A stretch of DNA of 64,000 nucleotides from a virus. A model generated the notes under the pieces. That model saw only the letters and a program-made list of their open reading frames with translations. It had not been told where the DNA came from and did no database searches. The translations under genes were made by a program, and so were the position numbers. Shown piece after piece: positions 29,251 through 38,892 of this stretch (the stretch's first letter is position 1; each line of letters starts with the position of its first letter). The stretch lies in the IMG/VR virus record IMGVR_UViG_3300031087_000014; one strand, given 5' to 3'.

Positions 29251-29994
29251 TTACCCCGTCTTGTTATTTGATCCACCAGCTTGATTCTGGATTCTCTGTT
29301 CAAGGTCGGCACTAGTAGGTTTGTATACTGCTTTCTTAACCTGCTTACCTGTATTTAATGTTGATGCTGTTTTGACTGCAATAGCGTTAACTGTGGCACC
29401 TTTTACAAGCCTCACCTGCTCGAAGTTAAGATCAAATTGCATTGCATATTCTGACTTATAAGCGTAATCTACCCCAATAAGAACAACATCTTTAAAAACT
29501 TTATGTTCTGTAAGGAGAGTGATTGGTTGTCTTGCTTCCATAATCTTTGTAAGATATGTGATTGCCTGACTTACCCTGTCGCCTTTTGGCTGACCGCTGT
29601 ACAGAAGGTCTTTCTTTAACTGAATAGGTGTTTCACTGATTACACCAGAGATATCAATCTTAGTGTTTTTAATCTGAACGTGATCGCTAACTTCGCTGCT
29701 TTTTGAGTTATCTTGATCCGTGCTGGAGTTGCTACTACTTGTCTTACTGCTAGCTTCGATAGCGTAAGATGAAACTTCTGCCTGATGTGTAACGTGAGTA
29801 TTGGTTACTGCATCGAAAACAATTGCCTGGTAGTTCTGAATGAAACTATCGCTGGCTGTGTTATATAAACTAGCCAAGATACAAAATCCATTCTCACCTT
29901 TCACTTGAGAGTTTGAGTTTACATTAGTTCGGCTGTTTACAGATTTATTTGTATTTGTTGGCGTTCCTACTGCCTGTGTGATTGGTGCTGCCAT
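29251..29994 (-). CDS. tail tube initiator/distal-tail-like protein
   Basis: FDAV...H...VSSYAIE..VSDH..I.GVIS motif after the tape measure gene. Confidence 0.65.
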   Translation of the reverse strand: MAAPITQAVGTPTNTNKSVNSRTNVNSNSQVKGENGFCILASLYNTASDSFIQNYQAIVFDAVTNTHVTHQAEVSSYAIEASSKTSSSNSSTDQDNSKSSEVSDHVQIKNTKIDISGVISETPIQLKKDLLYSGQPKGDRVSQAITYLTKIMEARQPITLLTEHKVFKDVVLIGVDYAYKSEYAMQFDLNFEQVRLVKGATVNAIAVKTASTLNTGKQVKKAVYKPTSADLEQRIQNQAGGSNNKTG

Positions 29995-30145
29995 ATTAGA
30001 TCCTCGCAATTATCCTACCTTTATCATAACATCTTACCATTAAAAAGTAAAGAACTTTCGGTAAGGGGGATCTATGATAGCATATATAACTCTCGTAGTC
30101 AAAGGATAATAAAAAATCCCCAACTCCGAAGAGAAGGGGATTATG

Positions 30146-32134
30146 TCAGTTGCTACTGTTTGAAGACGAGATATCTCGAATCAGAGAGTTGTGGTTAAAC
30201 CTCTGACTGTCTTGGATTTTTACGTCCAAGATATCTCCGAAGGTAGAACTTGGAGTTACTTCTACACGAACAATATCCGAAGGAATATTGATGATAGGAG
30301 CACCACCCATATTAACAGACTGTTGCTGCTGGGACACAGACTGATTCAGTGAACCGTACTTATATCCTTGACCAATATCTGAAATAGGAGCAGTATTCAA
30401 GCCTACAGGATCAATCCACCCGAGGTCATTAGCCCAGCGCTTCAAGAACGAAGGACTTCCATCTCCCATTCCCGTACCGTAAGCATCTGCAATGGCATTG
30501 CCTGAGCTAGGGCGTGGATCTGTACCGTAGATTTCGCCTGGTGTTCTTTGAGTTCCATCTGGCTTGTAGTTGAACTTCTCATTAAAGGTTGATAACCAGT
30601 TAGAGAATCCCGCACCGTAGTTTACAATATCTCCCAGCCACTTCCCTAGACCATCAATAGAAGGCCCGAGGTTTTTAATGTGCTGCTGGAATTCATCCAT
30701 TACTTTAGGGTCTAAACTAGAAACAAAACCATCCAGGAACTTATTGCTAAGCCCTTCTTCGATTTTATCCATTGTCTGTCCCATAGTAACATATCTATGG
30801 GCTGCATCAACTTGACTATCGGTAAGGTTTGATCCAGACTTAACTAATCCTGCACTTGCATCTAGGATCTCTTGACCGTTATTCTTAAAGGCACGAACAA
30901 AGTGTGAAAGGTCATCACCTAAGTTTTCCAGTAAGTTACCAATCTGCCCATCACTCAACCCTTTTTGTTGACCAGCACCTACAACGGATTGTAAGAAGTC
31001 AATTGGATTGTGCTGCATAGATTTGATATCATCAAGGTTCCAACCAAACTGGTTCATAATCTCGTTTACACCAGCATTACCCTTAGTCCACTCTCCTTTC
31101 TTATTCAGTTCGGATGTGGTTACAGATGATGCTAATTTTTCACGGATATCCTTAATCTGGTCAACACTCTTGGTCATATTTGCAGAATCAACACCGTTAT
31201 TCTGGCCCCAAGCTGTTAATGCTTGAATTACGTTAGGGTTAACTTCGATGTTCTTGGCAGCTTGACCTACGTAGTTGATACGATCCGCAGAGTCTGAAAG
31301 GTTCCCTTTGATACGAGAGATACCTTGAATAGCGGCTGCGCCAGCTACACCTCCCAGAAGCAAACCAGGACTTAAGCCTAAGCCTGCTCTTGTAAATCTG
31401 TCTCTACGTTCTTCTCTTCTACGTCTAGCGTCTCTGGCATCCCTCTCCCTCTGACGTTTAGCTTGGGCTTCTTCTTGGCGTCTCTGTCTATCTCTACGCG
31501 CATCTTCCTGACGAGCCTCAGTCTCAAGTAAACGCATTCTCTTACGTTGGTTTTCCAGGTCTTGCATTGCCAGGCGATTCTTCTGACGAAGTTCACTTAG
31601 CTGATGTGCGATAACTTGGTTCATCCTGGAAGCACTGATTCTCTGCTCTTCATAAGCTTTGGTTACATCGTTAACGGCTTTAGTTGCAGCTTCACGATCC
31701 TGCCTAGAGACGTTACCAAACTGACCTGCTCTAAAGTTAAAGTTCTCACGTCTTAACTGAGCAGTATCTAAACGAGTGCCACCTGCTCCACCACGTCCAC
31801 CGCCTGCGCCTCTTCCTCCGCGACCACCTCCAGCCCCGCCAGAACCACCACCTCTACGACCACCGCCTCCAGCAGGAGGGACAGGGGGTACAGGAGGTCT
31901 TCCACCAGCGCCGCCTTTTCTTGCATTTTCCATATGCTTAGCAATGCTTTTAGCATACTTTTCCATTTCCTTGAAATCTTTCTTGGTCTGAGTCATCTTA
32001 ATCGAAGGTTTGATACCCTCAGAGAACTTCTTTAGATCCTCAAGAGATTTCTTGGCAGCGTTGAAAGATCTTTTATCTACTTTGAAATCTACAACGTTTG
32101 TTAACTTCTGTGTATTTAACGACGATCCCGCCAT
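30146..32134 (-). CDS. tape measure protein
   Basis: long helical ORF downstream of the tail chaperones. Confidence 0.75.
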   Translation of the reverse strand: MAGSSLNTQKLTNVVDFKVDKRSFNAAKKSLEDLKKFSEGIKPSIKMTQTKKDFKEMEKYAKSIAKHMENARKGGAGGRPPVPPVPPAGGGGRRGGGSGGAGGGRGGRGAGGGRGGAGGTRLDTAQLRRENFNFRAGQFGNVSRQDREAATKAVNDVTKAYEEQRISASRMNQVIAHQLSELRQKNRLAMQDLENQRKRMRLLETEARQEDARRDRQRRQEEAQAKRQRERDARDARRRREERRDRFTRAGLGLSPGLLLGGVAGAAAIQGISRIKGNLSDSADRINYVGQAAKNIEVNPNVIQALTAWGQNNGVDSANMTKSVDQIKDIREKLASSVTTSELNKKGEWTKGNAGVNEIMNQFGWNLDDIKSMQHNPIDFLQSVVGAGQQKGLSDGQIGNLLENLGDDLSHFVRAFKNNGQEILDASAGLVKSGSNLTDSQVDAAHRYVTMGQTMDKIEEGLSNKFLDGFVSSLDPKVMDEFQQHIKNLGPSIDGLGKWLGDIVNYGAGFSNWLSTFNEKFNYKPDGTQRTPGEIYGTDPRPSSGNAIADAYGTGMGDGSPSFLKRWANDLGWIDPVGLNTAPISDIGQGYKYGSLNQSVSQQQQSVNMGGAPIINIPSDIVRVEVTPSSTFGDILDVKIQDSQRFNHNSLIRDISSSNSSN

Positions 32135-32171
32135 TTTACCTCGCAAAGCCCTTGGCTAGCAAGGGCATAGA

Positions 32172-32902
32172 TTATTTCTTGTTGAACATATCCCATTTAC
32201 GACGAGCTTCATCTTTCTGATCGAAGTCCTTTCTGTGCAAGGCACTGATATAATCTTCGTAATCAATGATCTCAGCTTGCTTGAGTAAGTAATCCACATT
32301 ATACTTATCGAGCGTGTAGAGGGTTTCTGACGTTTTTGTTGTGATTCTGTAGAGCAGATAATCCCACCAGCGAAAGCTAGTGGTTTCTTCCGCGATGGCA
32401 ATAGCCTTAGCTATCGTTGGATTTAGCTGTTGTTCAGCGTCTGCACGGTTTGAAATTGGGTTAACAGTTTTCCGAAACCGCGTTTGAAAAAAGGGCCGTA
32501 GTTCACCTCAAGAACCTTTGCTGCTAAATCAACTACAAGGTAAGGGTGTAACATAAACAATTCTTCAAATTTTTCTACAACAGAAACGTTGTCTTCTGTG
32601 TAGGTTTCGTCTAAGATATCTTTCAACAGGTCAGACAGAACACGTTGCTCTAGTCCCGAGAAAAGCTGAATCAGAGACATTGCAATCTTCTGTTCATAAT
32701 CTTCTCCGGCAAGATCCTCGGCTGTACCATACATCACCATAGGAACAGCAAAAATACTGCCGTACTCAGGGATTCGGTCAAAGACTTTAGAAGGTCTCCA
32801 GCGAATAATCCTGAAACCTACTTTACGTCCTGAATCTAACTCAAGTTCAATCTTAACCTCTGGTTTCGCGTATTGTGCGATAACATTTTCTTCAACTTGC
32901 AT
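32172..32902 (-). CDS. tail assembly chaperone, -1 frameshift (GT-type) product
   Basis: slippery C CCT TTT at 32495-32489; the -1 frame is open to TAA 32172. Confidence 0.75.
32423..32902 (-). CDS. tail assembly chaperone (G-type)
   Basis: lies between tube and tape measure genes; VNYGPFF at the slippery site. Confidence 0.8.
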   Translation of the reverse strand: MQVEENVIAQYAKPEVKIELELDSGRKVGFRIIRWRPSKVFDRIPEYGSIFAVPMVMYGTAEDLAGEDYEQKIAMSLIQLFSGLEQRVLSDLLKDILDETYTEDNVSVVEKFEELFMLHPYLVVDLAAKVLEVNYGPFFKRGFGKLLTQFQTVQTLNNS

Positions 32903-32940
32903 ATTTTTCTCTTAGTTAATAAAAAAGGGGTAACACAGAT

Positions 32941-32969
32941 ATGTTACCCCAGATGGAAATTAAAGTCAA
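32941..32969 (-). promoter_or_regulatory. sigma70-type promoter overlapping a terminator hairpin
   Basis: TTGACT-17 bp-TAACAT inside GGGGTAACA/TGTTACCCC followed by a T run. Confidence 0.55.
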
Positions 32970-32974
32970 TCTTT

Positions 32975-33454
32975 TTATGCGATTGTCAGGGCAGTAATTG
33001 AGTTTAGGACACTCAAACCTAGCGTTGCAGTGTTGCGTAGCAGGGAAGCATCTTTCAAACCAATAACCCAATCGTTTGTAGTGATGGTATCACCCATTGT
33101 GTCGTCTGGCTGTGACTGAATCCATCCAATCGTGCTGATGTAGTATCCGCGTGGATCTTCCAGGTAAACAGGGAAGGCAACTTGACGAGTAGAGTACATT
33201 GTCTGTGCGTAAGTAGCTAGTACTTCGTTAGCCTCAGATGTTCTCTGTAGGGAGATAGTCATTGTACCCATACGGTTACGACTCAGAGCAAGTGACACGT
33301 CACCGTCTGTACCGCCATAAGGGTTGATAATGTCGTTAGATTTACTAACTACGATCTTAGTATCAGAGGCAAACCCGTAAGGTTCCCATCCACCAAGTGA
33401 GAGCGTGATGTTAGATGGATCATAGGCCATTACACCAGTTAGCATCTTATCCAT
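32975..33454 (-). CDS. tail tube protein
   Basis: YDP..I.L, G.DG, GT.TI.L..TS..N motifs; follows sheath. Confidence 0.8.
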   Translation of the reverse strand: MDKMLTGVMAYDPSNITLSLGGWEPYGFASDTKIVVSKSNDIINPYGGTDGDVSLALSRNRMGTMTISLQRTSEANEVLATYAQTMYSTRQVAFPVYLEDPRGYYISTIGWIQSQPDDTMGDTITTNDWVIGLKDASLLRNTATLGLSVLNSITALTIA

Positions 33455-33491
33455 TTTTATTCCTTTTTAAGGAAGGGCCGAAGCCCTTCAA

Positions 33492-34910
33492 TTATGATGA
33501 TGTTGTGCTTACTGAGCTTGAAGCTGAGCTTGTGGTTCCAGTTCTGTTGGTCAGAACGTTCACCTGCACTTTCACGTAGTGGAAGAATCCAGCGTATACA
33601 TACTCAACAATCATACCGTCTACTAGACGTTGGTTAATTTGAGCAGTAGTCATATCCGCACGAGATGGAATGTAAACTGTTGGTTTCAGGCTGACATACA
33701 TTCCTGTATCGCTTGAGGTAACAACTTCGTTTGCAATCGTACCGTTCAAAATACCGACTTGGATCGGGTTAGCTGTTACTGCCTGACGAATCAGAACAAT
33801 ACCAGAACTTGTTGCACGAACACCGCTTCCCAGCATAGACTGTTGCTTGAACAGTGTGAACAGAGATTCGTCCAAACGAGCCTTGAACCACAGTGCGTGA
33901 ATGATGTAGTCTGCGTACAGTCCTGACACCATAAAGCCATCGCGGTAGAATAGCAGTCCGTGTTCTTTGCGGTAGATGTTACCGTTGTTAGCAACAATCT
34001 TAGACTCACGATCAGTACTTAGTTTCTCTAGTGTAACACCAACCAGCGTTTTACCGTGGAGAGGAGTTGTCCCTGGAGTTGCAGAACAAATACTACCTAC
34101 GACACCTGCTTCTGGGAAGGTGCTGTCTGCTGTACTAGTCCAAAGAGCAAAGCCAGTGTTGTTGTAACCAGTATCACCTAGAGTGACCAGCAGGTTTCCG
34201 TCAACATCGTCTGCAATGTCTGTGTCTTGGCTTGAGAAGAAGTAAACCTTATCGTGTTCTTCTACCCAACCAGCCAGGGCCAGTACGTCTGCACTTACGT
34301 GAGACTCAGAGAGAACATAGAAGAATGAACTATCTTCATCAGCAACTTTTGTGATATCTTCCAGTACGCTTTGAGCAAACTGAACTTTCTCGACAAAGTT
34401 ATCAGATCCTTCAACCGTTACATTCTGACCATCCACAGGGGAGAACAGAATCTGGTCTGCGGTTCCTTCGACAGTTACTTTAGCACTCCAAGTAGTGTCT
34501 TCTTGAATCAGTTTAGCAATGCCTTCGTTAACTTCCTGTACTGTAGCAGCATCGGTAGCTTTATAACTAAAGGTCTTAGAAGTCTTGCCTTGTTTCAGGG
34601 TGACAGTGTAAACTCCACCATTCTCAAGTTCACCGACTGTGAAATCTGTTGCGGTAATATCACGCTTACCGACAATCACTCTTTCAGGAGCATACAGCCC
34701 ATCGAAAAGTAATTTAGCCATTTTGTAGGCTGCGCTGTTTACAGAGAAACCAGCCGATACCATTGCATCTGTAGACGTGTAGGTGTTAGTAACGTCTGAG
34801 GTAACGTTATGCCCTACAAGAATCAGAGGAATGTCAAACTGAGTTTCGTTAATTGCTGTAGCGCCGTAGTTTAGAGTTACGGTAACTACCTTATCACGAA
34901 AAGTCGCCAT
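33492..34910 (-). CDS. tail sheath protein
   Basis: 472 aa; KTLVGV, G.Y.D.I...W, YAG.FH.V.V motifs. Confidence 0.85.
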   Translation of the reverse strand: MATFRDKVVTVTLNYGATAINETQFDIPLILVGHNVTSDVTNTYTSTDAMVSAGFSVNSAAYKMAKLLFDGLYAPERVIVGKRDITATDFTVGELENGGVYTVTLKQGKTSKTFSYKATDAATVQEVNEGIAKLIQEDTTWSAKVTVEGTADQILFSPVDGQNVTVEGSDNFVEKVQFAQSVLEDITKVADEDSSFFYVLSESHVSADVLALAGWVEEHDKVYFFSSQDTDIADDVDGNLLVTLGDTGYNNTGFALWTSTADSTFPEAGVVGSICSATPGTTPLHGKTLVGVTLEKLSTDRESKIVANNGNIYRKEHGLLFYRDGFMVSGLYADYIIHALWFKARLDESLFTLFKQQSMLGSGVRATSSGIVLIRQAVTANPIQVGILNGTIANEVVTSSDTGMYVSLKPTVYIPSRADMTTAQINQRLVDGMIVEYVYAGFFHYVKVQVNVLTNRTGTTSSASSSVSTTSS

Positions 34911-34954
34911 TTGTGCTCCTGATTAGGTTTATAGCTATATCCATAAGGATTGGG

Positions 34955-35530
34955 TTAGGTTACATATACAAAGGTATGATCGTTATATTCCAGAGGATCT
35001 GGATCGGCATACGTTCCGTTGTAACTGTGAATTGAGTATCTAACTTGCTCAATTGGTGTAGTTGGAATATCTTCTAGCAGCATACGTGTGTTGAAAGTAA
35101 AGATAGCCCTGGCTCTTAGCTGGGTTTTATCTCCGTCCAAAATAGTATTCGCTTGAGATGCATCCGATGAAGATAGGTAAGAAACACCCTTGGAATACAT
35201 AGTCTGATATTTAAGTTCATCTAAGCTATTAAATGCTGAGATCAAATAAGACATAGCTGCCATTGGTCTTCCACGATATACCATAATCTCTATCGTGTAG
35301 TTGTTGTCAGTGAAGTAAGAGAACATATCGTTTTCGAGTTTGCTTCTCTGGCCCCACCCTCCTGAGTTATCGGATGTGATTACTCGGAGTGTTACATAAG
35401 GTTTCTCCGGTGCAATGAAAGGTTTATCCTTCAAGTACACTGGCAATCCCAGCACGGTCTTTACAAAAGTACCGATACTGTTTAGAATGTGATCTTCGTA
35501 AGCTTCAATCTGCTGCATAATATCAGCCAA
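34955..35530 (-). CDS. tail completion/neck protein
   Basis: position before sheath; P..PY.T motif. Confidence 0.65.
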   Translation of the reverse strand: MADIMQQIEAYEDHILNSIGTFVKTVLGLPVYLKDKPFIAPEKPYVTLRVITSDNSGGWGQRSKLENDMFSYFTDNNYTIEIMVYRGRPMAAMSYLISAFNSLDELKYQTMYSKGVSYLSSSDASQANTILDGDKTQLRARAIFTFNTRMLLEDIPTTPIEQVRYSIHSYNGTYADPDPLEYNDHTFVYVT

Positions 35531-35939
35531 AGTTACCTCCCTCTACGTCTTCGTGCCAAGAGTTATCTTGGTCATCGTAGATAGCTACGCATTGCGTATG
35601 TTGTAGGAAAGAAGTTCTAGTCCAATCACTGAGAGCGTAGATTGAATACCACTTACCATCGATGTTGATCTGGTCAGAAAGTTGGTTGCTCCCTTGAATG
35701 AGAGGTCTAATTTCTGTTACAGTCCAGAATGTGTATTGTGCTTTAGAACGATAACCATCCGGTACAGCCTGTAGAGTGAATCCACTGATCGGTTGCAGGG
35801 ATGAAGACTCGATCACAAAATCCTCAGTTAGGATCGTATTATCTTGGTTCGAGAATACAGCATCTGTATTTTCAACGTAAGTCCTACGGCGTCCTGGGTA
35901 TTGAGTCAAGTCAAGAAGTTTAAACTGTGAAAGTAACAT
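35523..35939 (-). CDS. head closure protein
   Basis: SLQP...L..VPDG.R, D.I.IDG.WY motif. Confidence 0.65.
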   Translation of the reverse strand: MLLSQFKLLDLTQYPGRRRTYVENTDAVFSNQDNTILTEDFVIESSSLQPISGFTLQAVPDGYRSKAQYTFWTVTEIRPLIQGSNQLSDQINIDGKWYSIYALSDWTRTSFLQHTQCVAIYDDQDNSWHEDVEGGNFG

Positions 35940-35983
35940 TTCGTTCTCCTTTCAGTATAACCCACATTTAAAATAAATGCAAG

Positions 35984-36460
35984 TTATTTCTTAGAGATTT
36001 TAGTCTCGATGTTGTTGATCATATAAGATGAATCGATCAGGATAGTTGTGCTATTATTTCCCTTCTCTCTTCTTTTCTCCAGTGTAGTCGGAGACAGAGG
36101 AGTAAATCGTTGCATCTTAATGGCTTGGATAATACTTTCTTTCGAGATCTCTGCAATAGGTTTCATTGCGACAGTGAGACTTGTCCCTTTCAGGTACTTA
36201 TGAATTGCACCTGGCAACTGTTGTTTTAGTTTGTTCTGGGATAAAACAAAACCATCTGTCATAAATGGACGCTCAGGAATGTTTTTAGTCACACTACCAA
36301 ACTGTTGAATATTAGCTAGCTCCACCATATCAATACCTGTTTCAGGATGCTTTTTATGAGTGATGAATCCAGCTTCAACTTCAACACTTTCTAGTTCGAG
36401 ATATCTGGCAAAAATAGAATCAAGGGAACCATCAGTTCCCTTTGTAATAGTAGCTCTCAT
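35984..36460 (-). CDS. neck/tail completion protein
   Basis: A.IQ.FG...IPERPFM, LSP.T...K, LID motifs. Confidence 0.7.
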   Translation of the reverse strand: MRATITKGTDGSLDSIFARYLELESVEVEAGFITHKKHPETGIDMVELANIQQFGSVTKNIPERPFMTDGFVLSQNKLKQQLPGAIHKYLKGTSLTVAMKPIAEISKESIIQAIKMQRFTPLSPTTLEKRREKGNNSTTILIDSSYMINNIETKISKK

Positions 36461-36461
36461 A

Positions 36462-37001
36462 TCAACACCAGTAACCAAACCTGTTAGGCTGATCCCATTT
36501 GATATTTCTAGTCTTTCTATCTACACTGGCAGTGCGTCCTAGTCCATTAACTGAATCGGGATTGCTGTTTACACGATTAATTTCGTTAGCACTTACGCCA
36601 CCTACCAGTACTTTACTTCCTAGTCCGTTTGCAATTGCACAACCAGGGATTTGTAGCGTACCGTTTAGGTAGTTATCATAGATAGATTGCCAAGGAGATG
36701 TATAGCTGCTGCTGCCGTCTCCGTACTGAACTTGTACCTGAACCTGTCCGACTTTCTCCAGCCTTGAGGTTGCTCCTCCTGACTGCTGAGCGTGATTGAT
36801 CAGATCAGAGTTAAGAAGGTATTCTAGCGCAGAGATTAAACTGTTCCATAGAACGATGCACTTATTTTTATCATCATCCCCAAAGATATCAATCCATCCT
36901 TGAATGATAGTGAGTAATACATCGTCAGACAGGACTTCTGGACTAGGGTTGTATGTCAGTAAACGGATAGTCGGTAGAAGCTGAATAGCTTGTAATGCCA
37001 T
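36462..37001 (-). CDS. head-tail adaptor protein
   Basis: EKVG.V.V.Y motif; position after capsid genes. Confidence 0.6.
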   Translation of the reverse strand: MALQAIQLLPTIRLLTYNPSPEVLSDDVLLTIIQGWIDIFGDDDKNKCIVLWNSLISALEYLLNSDLINHAQQSGGATSRLEKVGQVQVQVQYGDGSSSYTSPWQSIYDNYLNGTLQIPGCAIANGLGSKVLVGGVSANEINRVNSNPDSVNGLGRTASVDRKTRNIKWDQPNRFGYWC

Positions 37002-37015
37002 AATCCGTTCTCCTA

Positions 37016-37363
37016 TTATTTTTTAGCTCGGGTAGCTCTTTTCTTAGCAGGAGTATCTACAGCCTTAACTGTGATCTTCTCTTGTGCTTCTGATTCTACC
37101 GGAGAATAATCTTCGTAGCTAACAGCAAATACACCAGGCATTTCTAGGCTAGACATTGGAAGAATTTTGATGCCAGTGGCTTCAACGACTTTAACCAAGA
37201 AGATCAGGAATGTTCCACCGAGGTGAATAGATCCGTCTTTGGTATAGAAAGAAAACTCTGGAGCACGAGCCAGTGTAGCTTCTGCGTCAATCTTATCACT
37301 AAGAGTGGCAAAGTCCATCACCATATCGTATGTGCTGTGGTAATGCTTGAGAATGTTATTCAT
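37016..37363 (-). CDS. hypothetical virion-associated protein
   Basis: AGGAG RBS; downstream of the capsid terminator. Confidence 0.6.
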   Translation of the reverse strand: MNNILKHYHSTYDMVMDFATLSDKIDAEATLARAPEFSFYTKDGSIHLGGTFLIFLVKVVEATGIKILPMSSLEMPGVFAVSYEDYSPVESEAQEKITVKAVDTPAKKRATRAKK

Positions 37364-37375
37364 TTTATCTCCTAA

Positions 37376-37409
37376 ATAAAAAACCCCCACCCTGTGAAGG
37401 GCAGGGGTT
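37376..37409 (-). terminator. rho-independent terminator after the capsid gene
   Basis: CCCCTGCCCT/AGGGTGGGGG stem plus T run on the - strand. Confidence 0.7.
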
Positions 37410-37435
37410 GATATTATCCAATCGTTCCGCTACAA

Positions 37436-38452
37436 TTAAGCAGTGGTCAGACGAACAACCAGTTCTGGACGAGTACAAACTGCCAGCATCCCGAATTCGG
37501 ACTGCATTGACATTACACGCCAGTCAGTGTTGATCAGGAACAGGTAGAAATCCTGAGCCAGTTGGTTAGCGTATGCGTAAGCATCTGCTGGTGCGAAGTG
37601 TTCCTGGAACATATTGGAAATGCCCTCTGGGAATACAAACGCTTCGTTTGTTGGAACGTTGTTGTGGATATCTTCGATGTAAGTTACACCTTTGAAGTTC
37701 CAAACACGCGCATCCAGGTTTCCACCGATACGGTCACGAATCGGGTTCGGAGTACCTTGGTAGTAAGTGAATGCAGAGCGAACAAACGGGCTGCTGATGA
37801 TGCGAGAGAAGAACTGACGACCGCACAGGGCGATGATGTTACTTACAGTGCTACCATCTTGCTTGTTGTCGATGATGTAACCACGAGCCTGAGCTTCGAT
37901 AACCTCAGTTGGGTCAATGGTTGTGCTTGTGAAGTCAATAGAGATTGACTCTTGAGCAACACCGAATACATCATACCAGTTGTAGTTCTGGTTCTGGTTC
38001 TGGAAACCGTCTGCATCAGTACCAACGTAAGCACGGCCCATAACTGCATCAGCAAGGATACGTTCTTTGGTGAAGGCTACGTTACGACGAATCTGGTTCA
38101 GATAACGGTTAACAACTGCTTCCTGAGTGGTCAGGCGATCTGCATCTGGGTTCAGGAAGTCAAGGAATGACTGAATATCCTGAGCTTTGATGTTGTGGTC
38201 AAGTGGGAAGAACGGAATGGTTACAGCAACGCCGTTCAGACCAGGAGTGGTCAGCCAGTTACGCTCACCGCCACGAACACGAGCAGGGATCAGTTTGTCA
38301 CTTGAAACGTCACGATCAACGCGAATCTCAGTGGTTGCGTGGTTGTATGACTCGAAGATGCCCAGGCTGCTGATCAGAGTGTTCTGAGTTGGAGCCAGTT
38401 CAATCAGTGGAGTAAAGTCAACCTTGCGGTCAGTTTGAAAATCGAAAGCCAT
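37436..38452 (-). CDS. major capsid protein
   Basis: 338 aa, lambda gpE-like (IPFF, DIQ, RPELVV); follows scaffold and decoration genes. Confidence 0.88.
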   Translation of the reverse strand: MAFDFQTDRKVDFTPLIELAPTQNTLISSLGIFESYNHATTEIRVDRDVSSDKLIPARVRGGERNWLTTPGLNGVAVTIPFFPLDHNIKAQDIQSFLDFLNPDADRLTTQEAVVNRYLNQIRRNVAFTKERILADAVMGRAYVGTDADGFQNQNQNYNWYDVFGVAQESISIDFTSTTIDPTEVIEAQARGYIIDNKQDGSTVSNIIALCGRQFFSRIISSPFVRSAFTYYQGTPNPIRDRIGGNLDARVWNFKGVTYIEDIHNNVPTNEAFVFPEGISNMFQEHFAPADAYAYANQLAQDFYLFLINTDWRVMSMQSEFGMLAVCTRPELVVRLTTA

Positions 38453-38480
38453 TATTTAGCGTCCTTATTAAAAGTTAAAA

Positions 38481-38873
38481 TTAAGAAGTCACAAGGACTT
38501 TAGCAGTCAGTTTCAGACCGACTTCTTCCAGAGCCGCAACACCAGCATCGTCAATCAGACTTCCGTCAGAATAAACAACTTTGAAGCGGTTCAGAGTCAG
38601 GTCACGCTTAGCGACTACTGCTGTGAAAGTTTCACCAACTGGAACGTCAGCAATGTCAAAGGTAACGTCAGTCCATACCAGTACGGTAGCAGCATCGCCA
38701 GCGGCAGCAGCTTCTACACCAGCAGCGGTCAGGACACTACCAAGTTGCATTGTAGCGGTTTTAACCAGGTTGATTTCACGAACACAATGGCCTAGATCAG
38801 AAGAGAATACGTTTCCAAGTACCAGGTCACTGTAACGACCGAAGCCGCGAGAGTAAGTTTTAAATGTTGCCAT
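38481..38873 (-). CDS. head decoration protein
   Basis: 130 aa immediately upstream of the capsid gene. Confidence 0.7.
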   Translation of the reverse strand: MATFKTYSRGFGRYSDLVLGNVFSSDLGHCVREINLVKTATMQLGSVLTAAGVEAAAAGDAATVLVWTDVTFDIADVPVGETFTAVVAKRDLTLNRFKVVYSDGSLIDDAGVAALEEVGLKLTAKVLVTS

Positions 38874-38892
38874 TTAAGAGATTCCTTTTAAA

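Noticed and set aside
31768-31991. GC-rich low-complexity stretch giving a Pro-rich + strand ORF
   Set aside because: It is the antisense of the Gly-rich segment of the tape measure protein.
32156-32401. 81-aa ORF from the track (MPSRKKPLAF...)
   Set aside because: Wrong frame; the region is better explained by the -1 frameshift extension ending at 32172.
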